From: an uncultured Mycoplasmatota bacterium
GTDB taxonomy: Bacteria > Bacillota_I > Bacilli_A > RF39 > UBA660
Direction of reading: 5' to 3'
Length of the DNA stretch: 64,000 nt
NCBI GenBank assembly: GCA_948466315.1
Contig: CAOJZZ010000001.1
Location: forward strand, 16,931-80,930
Shown here: piece after piece, positions 1 through 10,700 of the stretch
How positions within the stretch are numbered: position 1 is the stretch's first letter
Layout: each line of letters begins with the position of its first letter
Position numbers and translations under genes: made by a program
Notes under the pieces: model-generated
Told to the model about the DNA's origin: nothing
The model's input: the letters and a program-made list of their open reading frames with translations, nothing else
Databases searched by the model: none

Positions 1-1056
1 AACCTACAAATTGCATTACTATTATCTGAAGTATCATAAATTCTTTCTATAATATGACCATCAGGTAAAGAAACATAATTATCAAATTCTATCTCATAAC
101 TAGTAATCTCATCTGTTTCACGTTTTAATTCTAACATATTATAACTCTTCTTAGCAATAACCTCATTAGGTAAATTAACAAAGCTATTAGCCCTATTACT
201 ATATAATAGATTTAAAATTAATTCAATATGTTTATCATTAACCAAAATAAGATCATCTTGATAAAAACTACTAAGTAAATAATATATAATTTCTTTTTGC
301 ATATAAGAATCTTCACATTTAAACTTATTAATAAGAACATTATTATCTCTGATTACTCGTTTTAGTGCTTTATCTCTTTCCTTATCTATAAAAACACTTG
401 CTTCATTAAGCATCTCACTAAATTTCAAAAACTTTCTATGTACATTACTTTCCTCCATCTTCAAAAAAGGAAGTACATTCTTTCTATATCTATTTCTCGT
501 ATATTTATCCTTATCATTTGAACTATCTATAAAATATTTAATATTATTTTCTCTATCATATTCCTCTAATTCACTCTTTGTATAATTTATAAGAGGTCTA
601 ACTATTTTATAATCACCCATATCAACAATCATTTTAAAACCACTATACCCACTCAAACTAGACCCACGTACAATTCTCATTAATACAGTCTCTACTAAAT
701 CATCACCATGATGTGCTGTCATCAAATAATTAGCCTGATATTTATGAACTAAAGAATCAAAGAAATTATATCTAATATTTCTAGCCTCATTATGAAAATT
801 ATCATCACCATAATTTTCAATAACCATACTTTCAAAACACAAATTATTAATAAGACAATACTGCTGTATATAAGAAGCCTCATCATTACTTTCTACTCTA
901 ACATTATGATTAACATGAGCAATTATTAAAAACAAATGATATCTTTCCCTTATATTTAATAACATATCAACTAAAGCCATAGAATCTGGACCAGCAGAAC
1001 AGCCTATTACTATTACATCATTCTTATGAAATGAAAAAACATCATCTATCCTAATC
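1..1056 (-). CDS. tilS: tRNA(Ile)-lysidine synthetase TilS, partial (C-terminus runs off the window start)
   Basis: My own minus-strand translation from the ATG at 1054-1056 (preceded by GGAGG) gives MIRIDDVFSFHKNDVIVIGCSAGPDSMALVDML..., which contains the PP-loop SGGxDS-type motif. It is absent from the ORF track because it is open at the window edge. Confidence 0.8.
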
Positions 1057-1159
1057 ATAAATCATCCTCCAAAACACTAAAACATAATAAGAAAAAATTA
1101 TTAAATAACATAAAACTACTTGCTATTATAACATATTTACAAACAAAAAAAGAGATTTA

Positions 1160-1471
1160 TTATTTTTTTTCAGGTATTTTAATAATAAATTCCCCATCCT
1201 TAGAATAAAGATATTTTTCTCGAGCATACCTTGCAATATAATCTGGATCCTGTAACTTTGAAGCATCAAGTTTTAGCTCCTTTTCTCTTTCTTTTAAAGT
1301 AACTAATTTCTTCTCTAAATTTTTCTTCTCTTGATATTTATCATAAATCTCAACCCAATATTGTCCAATAGTAAACGTCATAACAATAATAACTACAAAA
1401 GAAGAAAACCCTAAAAAGAGCATTCTACGTTTCTTTTTCACCTTATTATTCTTTTTAGCCATCACCTTCAC
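1160..1471 (-). CDS. divIC: septum formation initiator DivIC/FtsB family
   Basis: 103 aa with a basic N-terminus, one TM helix and a coiled coil (KKLVTLKEREKELKLDASKLQDPDYIARYAREKY). It follows yabP-yabQ as in Bacillus. Confidence 0.8.
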   Translation of the reverse strand: MKVMAKKNNKVKKKRRMLFLGFSSFVVIIVMTFTIGQYWVEIYDKYQEKKNLEKKLVTLKEREKELKLDASKLQDPDYIARYAREKYLYSKDGEFIIKIPEKK

Positions 1472-1534
1472 CTATCTTTTCATACTACATTATAACTCCT
1501 AAATTCAAATACTTTCAACTAAAAAAGAAAAAAC

Positions 1535-1813
1535 TCACGTTTTTTTTACACATTTTTGTAAAATCAAATACCCTATATAACAACCAAATAGAAAAAGAAA
1601 CAAAAAATAAATATGAAGTATCCCCTGATTAATCTTTCTTAATATTAAAAAATATATAAATGACATATCTAAAATAAAAAGAAAAGAACAAATAACTTTC
1701 ATAATTTTTTTCCCAGTAAAAAGAATTTTATGATTGATATTAACTAATAACATAAAAATTATACCAAAAATAAAAGAAAATCCTAAAGAAAGAAGTTGTA
1801 CTTTTAAACTCAT
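1535..1813 (-). CDS. yabQ: spore cortex biosynthesis membrane protein YabQ-like
   Basis: Small polytopic membrane protein whose start overlaps the yabP stop. The yabP-yabQ-divIC order is conserved. Confidence 0.6.
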   Translation of the reverse strand: MSLKVQLLSLGFSFIFGIIFMLLVNINHKILFTGKKIMKVICSFLFILDMSFIYFLILRKINQGILHIYFLFLFLFGCYIGYLILQKCVKKT

Positions 1814-2112
1814 TATTTAAATAACCTGTTAAAAATACTATCTTCTTTATCTTTTTTAGAATTTTCATCCGCATAAGTTATACTATCAACCATTCCTTTT
1901 ATAGATACGTTTCCCTGTAAAGTATCAAGTTTCACCAATTCTAATTCACTTCCCTTAACGACCATAAACCCCATAATAGTTTCTAAAACAAATTGACTAT
2001 CATCAAAATTATCAATTTTTTTAACACCTGTAATAACTAAACTTTTTCTCTCTAATAAACTAATTCCGTGATTATAACCACTAATATTATTTTCTTGTTT
2101 ATCCATATGCAT
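1813..2112 (-). CDS. yabP: sporulation protein YabP
   Basis: The motif ...SLVITGVKKIDNFDDSQFVLETIMGFMVVKGSELELVKLDTLQGNVSIKG... matches the YabP family. Confidence 0.85.
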   Translation of the reverse strand: MHMDKQENNISGYNHGISLLERKSLVITGVKKIDNFDDSQFVLETIMGFMVVKGSELELVKLDTLQGNVSIKGMVDSITYADENSKKDKEDSIFNRLFK

Positions 2113-2176
2113 CCTCCTAAAAAAGAATATGAATAAACTTCAAAAAATAGAACAAAAAAAAGATGCTCAACACATC

Positions 2177-2452
2177 TTATTCTTGCTCATCAGATTCAGG
2201 AGCATTCTTATAAGCTTCAAGAATAGCTTCTTCAAACATAGAACGAACTTCTGGATTAATTGGATGAGCTATATCACGATAACCACCTGTAGCAGTCTTT
2301 CGGCTAGGCATTGCTATAAATAGTCCGTTATCTCCTTCAATAATACGAATATCATGTACTGCAAAACTATCATCAAGTAATACTGATGCAATTCCCTTCA
2401 TACGAGAACCCTCTTTTTCAATTTTACGTACATTTACAGATGTAATTTTCAT
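2177..2452 (-). CDS. spoVG: septation/sporulation regulator SpoVG
   Basis: MKITSVNVRKIEKEGSRMKGIASVLLDDSFAVHDIRIIEGDNGLFIAMPSRK... is a canonical SpoVG sequence. Confidence 0.95.
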   Translation of the reverse strand: MKITSVNVRKIEKEGSRMKGIASVLLDDSFAVHDIRIIEGDNGLFIAMPSRKTATGGYRDIAHPINPEVRSMFEEAILEAYKNAPESDEQE

Positions 2453-2735
2453 GCAAATTTCCTCCCTCTTAACTAAAGTATAAATACTTTACATATTAAT
2501 GATATAATAATATTAAAGAAATTGCAACATTTTTATTAAAGGATAAATATCTATTTATAACAATTTAGATAAAAACACCAAAAAAACTATCAAATATCCT
2601 TATTTTATCAAGAAAACTTACTATTCACATTTTACAAAAAAACTGTCATCACAAGGGTACAAATCTATAAAATCACTTAACCTAACTACATATTTAAAAA
2701 TACTTAAAATGCATATAACTATTGTATCAACTATC

Positions 2736-2948
2736 CTAATCTAAAATTTCCAAATTTTGAATCAACAAATCACTATAACTAAAAGAACGAATTTGACAAT
2801 TATCTATCGTAATAATAAAAATAGCTGGATAAAAAGCAGTAATAACACCATTAAACTCTTCTATTTGATTCCTAGTTCCATGAAATCTAAACAAATGATT
2901 CACTCCAATATTCTCTTTAACAATATTTCTCATCTTATCTATTGTCAT
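2736..2948 (-). CDS. veg: Veg (DUF1021) biofilm/sporulation-associated small protein
   Basis: The 70-aa ...RFHGTRNQIEEFNGVITAFYPAIFIITIDNCQIRSFSYSDLLIQ... matches Veg. It sits immediately downstream of yabG as in Bacillus. Confidence 0.8.
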   Translation of the reverse strand: MTIDKMRNIVKENIGVNHLFRFHGTRNQIEEFNGVITAFYPAIFIITIDNCQIRSFSYSDLLIQNLEILD

Positions 2949-3478
2949 CTTGGATACCCCACATACATTGTTCCATTCGTAATAATCCCTCCCATTCCAT
3001 CTTTTCCATATTTTGTTTTCTCAATAAGTCGTATTAAATCAATACTTTGATTTCTGTCAGATAACGCTAACGATGAAGCAATAATAGCTGGATCAAGTGC
3101 ATGAATATTAATTCTCTTAGGACTAGAAGCAAAATTAGCACCAGCCTTTATCAATTCTTCATAATTAGATTGACAAGCCCCAGCAATAATTATTAATTTA
3201 TCCTGACTCTTTTCATACTTTCGAGCTACCTTAACTGCCTCTATAAAATTAGCTGTATTTTGATAATTACTATTATCATTTTCATCCTTCTTTTTATCGT
3301 AATAAGCATCATGTCCAGTAATAACCACTATATCTGGTCTAAAATCCTGTAATAATCCCAATATCCTATCAGGCATCTCCATCTCTGGCAAAGTAATACC
3401 ATTAGCCTTAATATTCATATTATGATAAAAGTTCATACACCGCTCTAAATAATCACGGTCACCATCTGCTAAACTTTT
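2945..3478 (-). CDS. yabG: yabG 3' segment, the C-terminal ~175 codons of sporulation-specific protease YabG. It has no start codon of its own and is open upstream only to an in-frame stop at 3476-3478.
   Basis: DIVVITGHDAY...LIIIAGACQSNYEELIKAGANFASSPKRINIHALDP matches the YabG C-terminal catalytic region. The conserved region begins ...ADGDRDYLERCMNFYHN directly after a stop codon, so the gene is split. Its partner segment is at 13008..13316. Confidence 0.8.
   Translation of the reverse strand, partial: KSLADGDRDYLERCMNFYHNMNIKANGITLPEMEMPDRILGLLQDFRPDIVVITGHDAYYDKKKDENDNSNYQNTANFIEAVKVARKYEKSQDKLIIIAGACQSNYEELIKAGANFASSPKRINIHALDPAIIASSLALSDRNQSIDLIRLIEKTKYGKDGMGGIITNGTMYVGYPR
3458..3461. 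other. Predicted recombination core (GTCA) at the left junction of the intervening element (attL/attR)
   Basis: GTCA and a cGTCAsC.tc pattern are shared with the right junction at 13047..13050. Joining across it restores the YabG frame. Confidence 0.5.
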
Positions 3479-3708
3479 TTAAGTAAGCAAACTTATCATT
3501 AAAAGAAACATAATATTCCTAACAAAATAAAAAGTAGTCTAATTTTTCTAAACATAAAAATATAAACTACTACTAAATCATTATAATAACCAATAATTAA
3601 ACATAATAAGATAAAATACTCTATAAACAAGAAACCTTTGATAACTACTACAAATTTATCTTCAGATAAAAGAAATTAACAATATATTATATAAATAAAA
3701 AATTATGT

Positions 3709-5220
3709 CTAATCAATAGAAAAATCAAAAGATATCTGTACTGTATTATCCTTATAAATTAAAATACTATTAATCAAATAACTTATATAATCTTTTGACA
3801 AAAAAGAATTATTAATAAAATCTCTATAATAATCCATTATCCTTTCTTTTTTATATATATTATCTCTTTTAAAAAGATAACTATTAAGTAATCTTATTTT
3901 TCTATCTTTTAACTTCACCTCATAGTCCTTACTCTCAACAAATTGAGAAACTATAATCTCTCCATTTACCTTTTTCATATATAAATCTTTTATATTTCTA
4001 TCACTAAGTTCAATATCCTTTTGTAACTCTAGTATTTTAGTATCTATTCTCATCTTACTAATTAACCTACTACAAAAACTATTAACAATCACACTACCAT
4101 CAACATAATTCAATAAAATATTCATTACCTGCTTACTAACAATATCCATAAGAACACTATCATAAATAACTCTATTGCAACCTTTTTTTCTACAACTAAA
4201 ATAATATTTAATTAAGCCATCTTTCTTTTCTACCTTACATACTACCATCTTTTTACCACACTCTCCACAAACAACTAAATTATTAAAACAACCATTATAT
4301 TCAATATTTTTATATTTCTTTAATCTTTTAACTTTAGAGTTAGCCTTAGAAAATAAAATATCATCAATAATTACAGGATGAACATTATAAAGTAATTTTC
4401 TCTCAAAAATAGATATTCCCTTTCTTTTTTTATCCCTATAACTCCTTTTAAAACTCTTTCTTTCAACCAAACATCCAGTATACGTTCTATCTCTTAAAAT
4501 TCTATATATAATCTTATCTGACCACTTACAATCACCACTACTACTGACATCTTTTCTTTTATACAACTTAGGAGGCAACACTTTATCATCATTCAAACTA
4601 TAAGCAACCTCACTTCTCGTCATACCAGAAGAAATACTTTCAAAAATTCTCTTTACAATATCAGCTGCATATTTATCAATTTCTAAAGTTCTTTTATTAT
4701 TAACTTTAACAATTTTATAACCATAAGGCGCATAAGGACCAATAAATTCTTTATTAGAAGTTTTCATTCTAGCAACCAACTCTCGCTTAACAGAGCTATC
4801 CTTAACATATCTATCATTAATAATAGATTTAATTTCTAAAACTATATCCCTACTTAAACTATCAGACCGAAAACTATCATAATAATCATTAATCGCTATA
4901 TACCTAATATTATTTCTAGGAAAATATTCACTAATATAATATACAGTATCAATTGCTTCTCTTCCAAGCCTTGATATATCTTTTGTAATAATACATTTAA
5001 CCCTACCATTTGAAATATCATCAAGTAGCTCCATAAAGGCTGGTCTCAAAAAATTAATTCCCGAATAACCATCATCTACATATTCCTTATCAATAACAAA
5101 ATTATTTGAAAGAGCATATTCCCTAATCAACACTAATTGGTTATCTATACTAACAGAATTATCCTGAACAGAACCTAAATCTTCAGAAGAGACCCTAACA
5201 TAAGCACATACATGTTCCAT
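3709..5220 (-). CDS. large serine recombinase (resolvase N-domain, recombinase domain, zinc ribbon, coiled coil)
   Basis: 503 aa. The N-terminal AYVRVSSEDL contains the catalytic Ser, followed by DDGYSG...SRLGRE. A zinc ribbon CGECGKKM...C..C is present. Confidence 0.9.
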   Translation of the reverse strand: MEHVCAYVRVSSEDLGSVQDNSVSIDNQLVLIREYALSNNFVIDKEYVDDGYSGINFLRPAFMELLDDISNGRVKCIITKDISRLGREAIDTVYYISEYFPRNNIRYIAINDYYDSFRSDSLSRDIVLEIKSIINDRYVKDSSVKRELVARMKTSNKEFIGPYAPYGYKIVKVNNKRTLEIDKYAADIVKRIFESISSGMTRSEVAYSLNDDKVLPPKLYKRKDVSSSGDCKWSDKIIYRILRDRTYTGCLVERKSFKRSYRDKKRKGISIFERKLLYNVHPVIIDDILFSKANSKVKRLKKYKNIEYNGCFNNLVVCGECGKKMVVCKVEKKDGLIKYYFSCRKKGCNRVIYDSVLMDIVSKQVMNILLNYVDGSVIVNSFCSRLISKMRIDTKILELQKDIELSDRNIKDLYMKKVNGEIIVSQFVESKDYEVKLKDRKIRLLNSYLFKRDNIYKKERIMDYYRDFINNSFLSKDYISYLINSILIYKDNTVQISFDFSID

Positions 5221-5221
5221 A

Positions 5222-6787
5222 TTAAACTAAACAATCCTCAACCTTTTTAAAATTATAATATATTCTAACACACTTATCCTTATCAATAGTAATTTTATTA
5301 ATTAACTCCCTGATTAAAAGTTTATTAAAACCTCTTCCCTCTAAAAAATCACTTATTATCTTTTTTCTAATATTAATATCTCTATTTTGCTCATTAAATA
5401 AATTTATCTCTTCTCTTAACTTAACAATAGAAGAAGATATCTTATCTCTATCGCTTACTAAAAATTCTTTAATTTTAATAAATTCACTATCTAAAATAAT
5501 TCCATTACTCTTATCCTTATATAAAGAAGCAATACTCTTATCTATTTCTCTAAGTTTAACAAGATCTTTTCTTAATAAATTCTCATTATACTCAATAAAA
5601 CTACATCGATTAAAAATTTTTTCATATTCTTCTAAAAGTCTATCAAAACAAACATACTTATTTAATAAATTCTTAATCTCACCTAAGACAAGTTCATTAA
5701 GCAAATCTTCCCTGTAATAATGCATAGTACAAACATTATTTCTATAAGTAGCATAACTTCTACAACAATATATAGCATAAACCTCATCTTTATAACGCTT
5801 ACATCTTCTTACTAGCATCACCTTACCACAATCTGCACAAACTACTAAGCCTTTCAATAAGTAATCATATTTTCTTTTTCTAATATCATAATAAGAATTT
5901 TTACAATTAACTCTTTCAAAAACTTCATAAGAAATAATAGACTCATGATTATTTTTATTTATAATCCACTTTTCCCTAGGTAGAAGTACCCTCTTCTTAG
6001 ATTTTAAACTAACACGTTCATACTTCCCTTGAACTAAAGTACCAGTATAAACCTCATTACTTAAAATACCTTTTATAGTAGAAGCTTTCCACAAATTAGT
6101 GGTAAAATTTTTACTAACATTTCTACCTTTATATAGATTAGGAGGTAAAATCCCCCTATCAGTAAGATTCCTAGCAATCATCATAGTAGAAAAACCCTTA
6201 TCTCTCATAGAAAATATTTCTTTAACTATTAAAGAAGCATATTCATCAATTACCAATAAACGACTATCTTCTAAAGACCTTTTATATCCATATGGAACAG
6301 AACTGCCAACATACAAACCTTTCTTCATTAAACTATGCCTAGCACTCTTTATTTTTCTAGAAGTATCTTTTAAATACATGTCATTAATTACAGTTTTAAA
6401 AGGAATAATATCTTCAACCCCATTAGAATTAAAAGAATCATAACCCTCAAGTATTGCTATAAAACGAACATTATGTTCTGGAAAATATTTAAATATATAA
6501 TTACCTGTTTCAATAAACTCTCTACCTAACCTTGAGGTATCCTTAACAACAACGCAATTAACAAATCCATTCTCAATATCTTGAATTAATCTTTTAAAAC
6601 CTGGTCTCAAAAAATTCCCACCAGAATAACCATCATCTACATAATAATCATATATTTCTATTCCTTTACTTTTAACATATTCACTTATATAACTTTTCTG
6701 GTTAACTATACTAGAACTTTCAAATTCCTTATCATCATCCCTAGACAATCTAATATATAAACCAGCCTTATACTTAAAATTATCCAT
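5222..6787 (-). CDS. large serine recombinase, second of a tandem pair in a ccrA/ccrB-like arrangement
   Basis: 521 aa. The N-terminal LYIRLSRDDD contains the catalytic Ser, followed by DDGYSGGNF...SRLGREF. A zinc ribbon CADCGKVM is present. There is a 1-nt gap to the downstream recombinase. Confidence 0.9.
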   Translation of the reverse strand: MDNFKYKAGLYIRLSRDDDKEFESSSIVNQKSYISEYVKSKGIEIYDYYVDDGYSGGNFLRPGFKRLIQDIENGFVNCVVVKDTSRLGREFIETGNYIFKYFPEHNVRFIAILEGYDSFNSNGVEDIIPFKTVINDMYLKDTSRKIKSARHSLMKKGLYVGSSVPYGYKRSLEDSRLLVIDEYASLIVKEIFSMRDKGFSTMMIARNLTDRGILPPNLYKGRNVSKNFTTNLWKASTIKGILSNEVYTGTLVQGKYERVSLKSKKRVLLPREKWIINKNNHESIISYEVFERVNCKNSYYDIRKRKYDYLLKGLVVCADCGKVMLVRRCKRYKDEVYAIYCCRSYATYRNNVCTMHYYREDLLNELVLGEIKNLLNKYVCFDRLLEEYEKIFNRCSFIEYNENLLRKDLVKLREIDKSIASLYKDKSNGIILDSEFIKIKEFLVSDRDKISSSIVKLREEINLFNEQNRDINIRKKIISDFLEGRGFNKLLIRELINKITIDKDKCVRIYYNFKKVEDCLV

Positions 6788-6795
6788 AAAAGCCC

Positions 6796-6915
6796 CTATT
6801 TTTCAGTTTGTCTTTCTAATACATATTTTTCAAACAATTCTAATATTTTTTTATTAATATCAACCCCTTCATCATCATATACTGCTAAAACTAAATTATC
6901 TCTTTTTTTCATCAT
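6796..6915 (-). CDS. small ORF (39 aa) immediately upstream of the recombinase pair. It is a candidate excision-directionality or regulatory protein.
   Basis: My own translation: GGGAGG then ATGATG gives MMKKRDNLVLAVYDDEGVDINKKILELFEKYVLERQTEK*. It ends 8 nt before the recombinase ATG. It is too short for the ORF track. Confidence 0.3.
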   Translation of the reverse strand: MMKKRDNLVLAVYDDEGVDINKKILELFEKYVLERQTEK

Positions 6916-7731
6916 TAGCCTCCCACCTAAACATATGAACCTAAGTTTATGTAAAGACCAAAATTCAATCACCAAAAAACAGCATAGATTTTTCTATACT
7001 TTTTTTGAATATATATTGATATAAAAAATTTAAAAATATAACAATTACTAAGAAAGCTATTGTACTAGTAAAATATCGACACCAATAACTCCCTTTGCCT
7101 TAAAAAATTATAATTAATTTTTATTTTTTAAATAAATTTGCACAATAAAACTTATAATTATTAAATTTAACTTAAAAACTAAATATTTATAACAAATTAC
7201 CTAAGTAATTTACAATTAATAGATAAAATACGATCATGCTAAACTATTATCCATTAACTTCTATCAATTCATTAAGTTTAGAACCATTATAATTAATTTT
7301 ATTTAAATATTTATCAAAAGTATATTTTAATACAGTAAGATATATAAGATTGGGCCCTAAACCTTACAAAATAACTATAAAAGTCTAATACTTCTAAAAA
7401 TACTTATATTATCAAAACTATAATACTTAATTAAACATTAATTTACTTTTAAACAATTAATACTATGCATCAATCCCTTAGAAAATAATTGGATAAATTC
7501 TAGATTCGACTATAACTATTTTGACTAACTTAACAAAAATTCACTTAAGAGCTAGAACAAAATAAAACTATTAAATATATGAAAATATCCAAAAAAGAAT
7601 CAATATATATAATTTAATAACTACTAAGTATAAGCAGCAATACCAATAGTTACAACCAAATTTCTACAAAACATTACATTTAAACTTAAATTTAACTATT
7701 TTCAAATACTAAAACTATAAAATATTTATTA

Positions 7732-10700
7732 TTATACACTATCAATAATATCTAAAAATTCAGTATCCGTATCAATGAGTCGATTAATTAAATTATTAAA
7801 AATATGACTCATATTATTTATATAATTAGGATAAAAACCCATAGAGATTGGCACATTGTAATAACTAATATCGTCAATATTCCTAATATATAAATCTTTA
7901 TCTAAATAATTATCTTTTATAAAGATACTACATAACTCTTCTAAACCAAAGTATTCTACCATACTTTTATTATATTTAGGACCTGCCCTAGATGGAAATA
8001 ACATTTTAGTAATACATTTTGATAAAATTGAAAGATTTTCTAATAAAATATTATTATCAACATTATATTTATCAATTAAACTATTTCCTAATAACAAATT
8101 AATCTTTTTTAATTTATCTCTTAATTTAATAATACCCTGATTTTTGATAAATCCTAAATTACTAATAATAACAATATCTAAAACATCTTTTAATTCATAA
8201 TTAGAATAACTATCTATCAAATTACTCATATTTTGAATATTATAACTATTATTAAATTGACTATTACTTACACTATAAATACCATTTGAATATTCTATAT
8301 TTATAAATTTATTAACATTTGCTAAAGATCCATCACTAAATAATATTTTAGTGACAATTAATTGATAAGTATTATTATTCTCTATTGGTATAACTACCTT
8401 ATATAAAAACTCATCATCAAAAAACACCTCATAAAATATATCATTAATACAAATCTTACTAATAGATACATTTTTATTATGAATAATATTGAAGTTAAGA
8501 GCAATATAATCATTTAACTCGTGATTTAACGAATCACCAAATACATTTAAAATATCAACATGTGTCTTTGCTTCCACTTCTTTTTCAAATAACACAGTCT
8601 CGTTATTATTCACCTGACTAGAAAAACCAATAATTTTTACTATATACTTAGAAGAAATATTAGTATCAAAATTCTCCTCTATTTTATTATTATTAAAATC
8701 CTTAGTATTAATATCCTTAGAATCAATTACCATTCCTTTATCATCTAATAATACCAATTTAACTTTATAAATACTATTATCTTTATCATTTAATTCTGCT
8801 TTTACTAATAATCTATATAACTCTATATTCTCTTCTACTGAAAAATTCAAAATACTAGCCTTACGTTTAACTACATCAATATCTAATTTCTTTTCCTCAT
8901 CAAATATTATTCTTTTTCCGTTATCTAAGACAACCCCTTCAATATATATATCCTGTTTACCCAATTTATTAAACTGTAAAATAACCGCACTATAAATATC
9001 TCCATCTTTTATAACATCATAATATTTCCCATTAACTATTACTTTTTCTACAAAACATAAACTATTATTAACACTAGAAAAAACAATTTTTGGACTTTGT
9101 CCTTTTTCAAAGATATTAGTAGTATCAACACCATTAGTAATTACAATATTATCTATCTTAAATTGATAATCTTCCACTAATTGTAATTTTTTAGTAGTCT
9201 CTACTACATTTTTATGACTAATTTCACTAGTACCTGATTTATCCATATCTAAATCATATTTCAAAATAAATTTAACATTATATAATTTTCCAGCCTCAAC
9301 TGGAATAAAAATACTATTTTTCCCCTTTTTAATTGACTTACTATCAATAATATTGCCTACATCATCATCTACTCTAATAATAGAAGAAGAAATACTATTA
9401 TCATCATCTATTAAATTAAATGATAAATTTATCTTTTTTTCATCAACATATTCTTGCGTTATATAATTATCTATTCTAGGAACATCTTTTAAAACCTTTA
9501 TTTTTCTTGTATAATCAACATCTACTCTGTTACCATTATCAAATAATACCTCTGTAAAATGATATTTCTTAATCCCAGATGAATCACCAGTATTTACTCT
9601 TACTGAATATTGACTGTTACTATCAAAAACTTTATCTACCTTATACTTAACTCCATCTATTACAACTTCCACTATATTAAAATCATTTCTAACTCCTGCA
9701 ATAAATGATAAATCTATATCTTCATCTTTATTAAATGTTTCCTCCTCAACCTGCTTTATAGTAGATAAATTAACCTCATTTACTAAATCACCATCAATTT
9801 TCTTATTCAATCTTGATAAATCAGTAATTGTAATACTTTTATCATTATTTATATCGGCATTTTCTAAAGCTTTATCATCTAAAGATTTTATCTGAGTTAA
9901 ATGATACTCTAATGAGTCAACATCCAGATAATCTATTACACCATCATCATTTAATTCTCCCTTTTGCATAAATTTATAATATAATGAACTACATACTATA
10001 AGTCCTTGCAAAAACACTAATAAAGCTACTATAAATGCAAAAATTTTCTTATTACTATAATCATCGTCATAATAATAATCACTACTAAATCTTCTAATAA
10101 TTGCATATATTATAATTACTAATAAAAATACAACCACCAAGATTATTTCATTAAACTTACTTTTCTCTTGGAAATTACTAACTACTTTAAAATTTTCATT
10201 AATATAAGAAGATTTAATTGTATCTTTAGTAGTAAAATTACTATTTAAATGCTCTACTTTAGAATCATCTAATTTCCCACTATCATTAATAACATCTACT
10301 TTAACAATCTTATCATCAATAAATAAATCTTTTCTACCATCGGAGGCAACAATATCTTTTAACTTTATTTCTGTTGTACCAATATCAACATCATTTCTTA
10401 CCTTAAAACTAATTACTAACAAATCTTCTATCTTTTCATTACCATCTTTTCTAATAGAAACAAACTCACCTGTAATTTTATTATATTGTAAATTCCCCCA
10501 ATAGTTTTGACATAAAAAATCTTTCTCCGATAATTCCTCAAAAATATTTTTATTATAATCAAGTCTTGCTTTATAAGCATTAATACCGAGACCATCTTCC
10601 ACATATTGCTCTAACTTTAAAGTAACAACTAAAGTCTGACCACTTTTTATTTTCTCTTGATTAATACTTGCAGCAAAATCTAATTTAGACTTAGCCAATA

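Noticed and set aside
2945-3478. The C-terminal yabG segment might instead be an independent YyaC/GPR-like protease gene with an unannotated start.
   Set aside because: It lacks the N-terminal portion and has no in-frame start before the conserved region. It aligns with the YabG C-terminus specifically (DILVITGHDAY...FAGACQSHFESLIRAGANFASSPSRVNIHALDP), and the missing N-terminus is found 9.6 kb away, next to ksgA.
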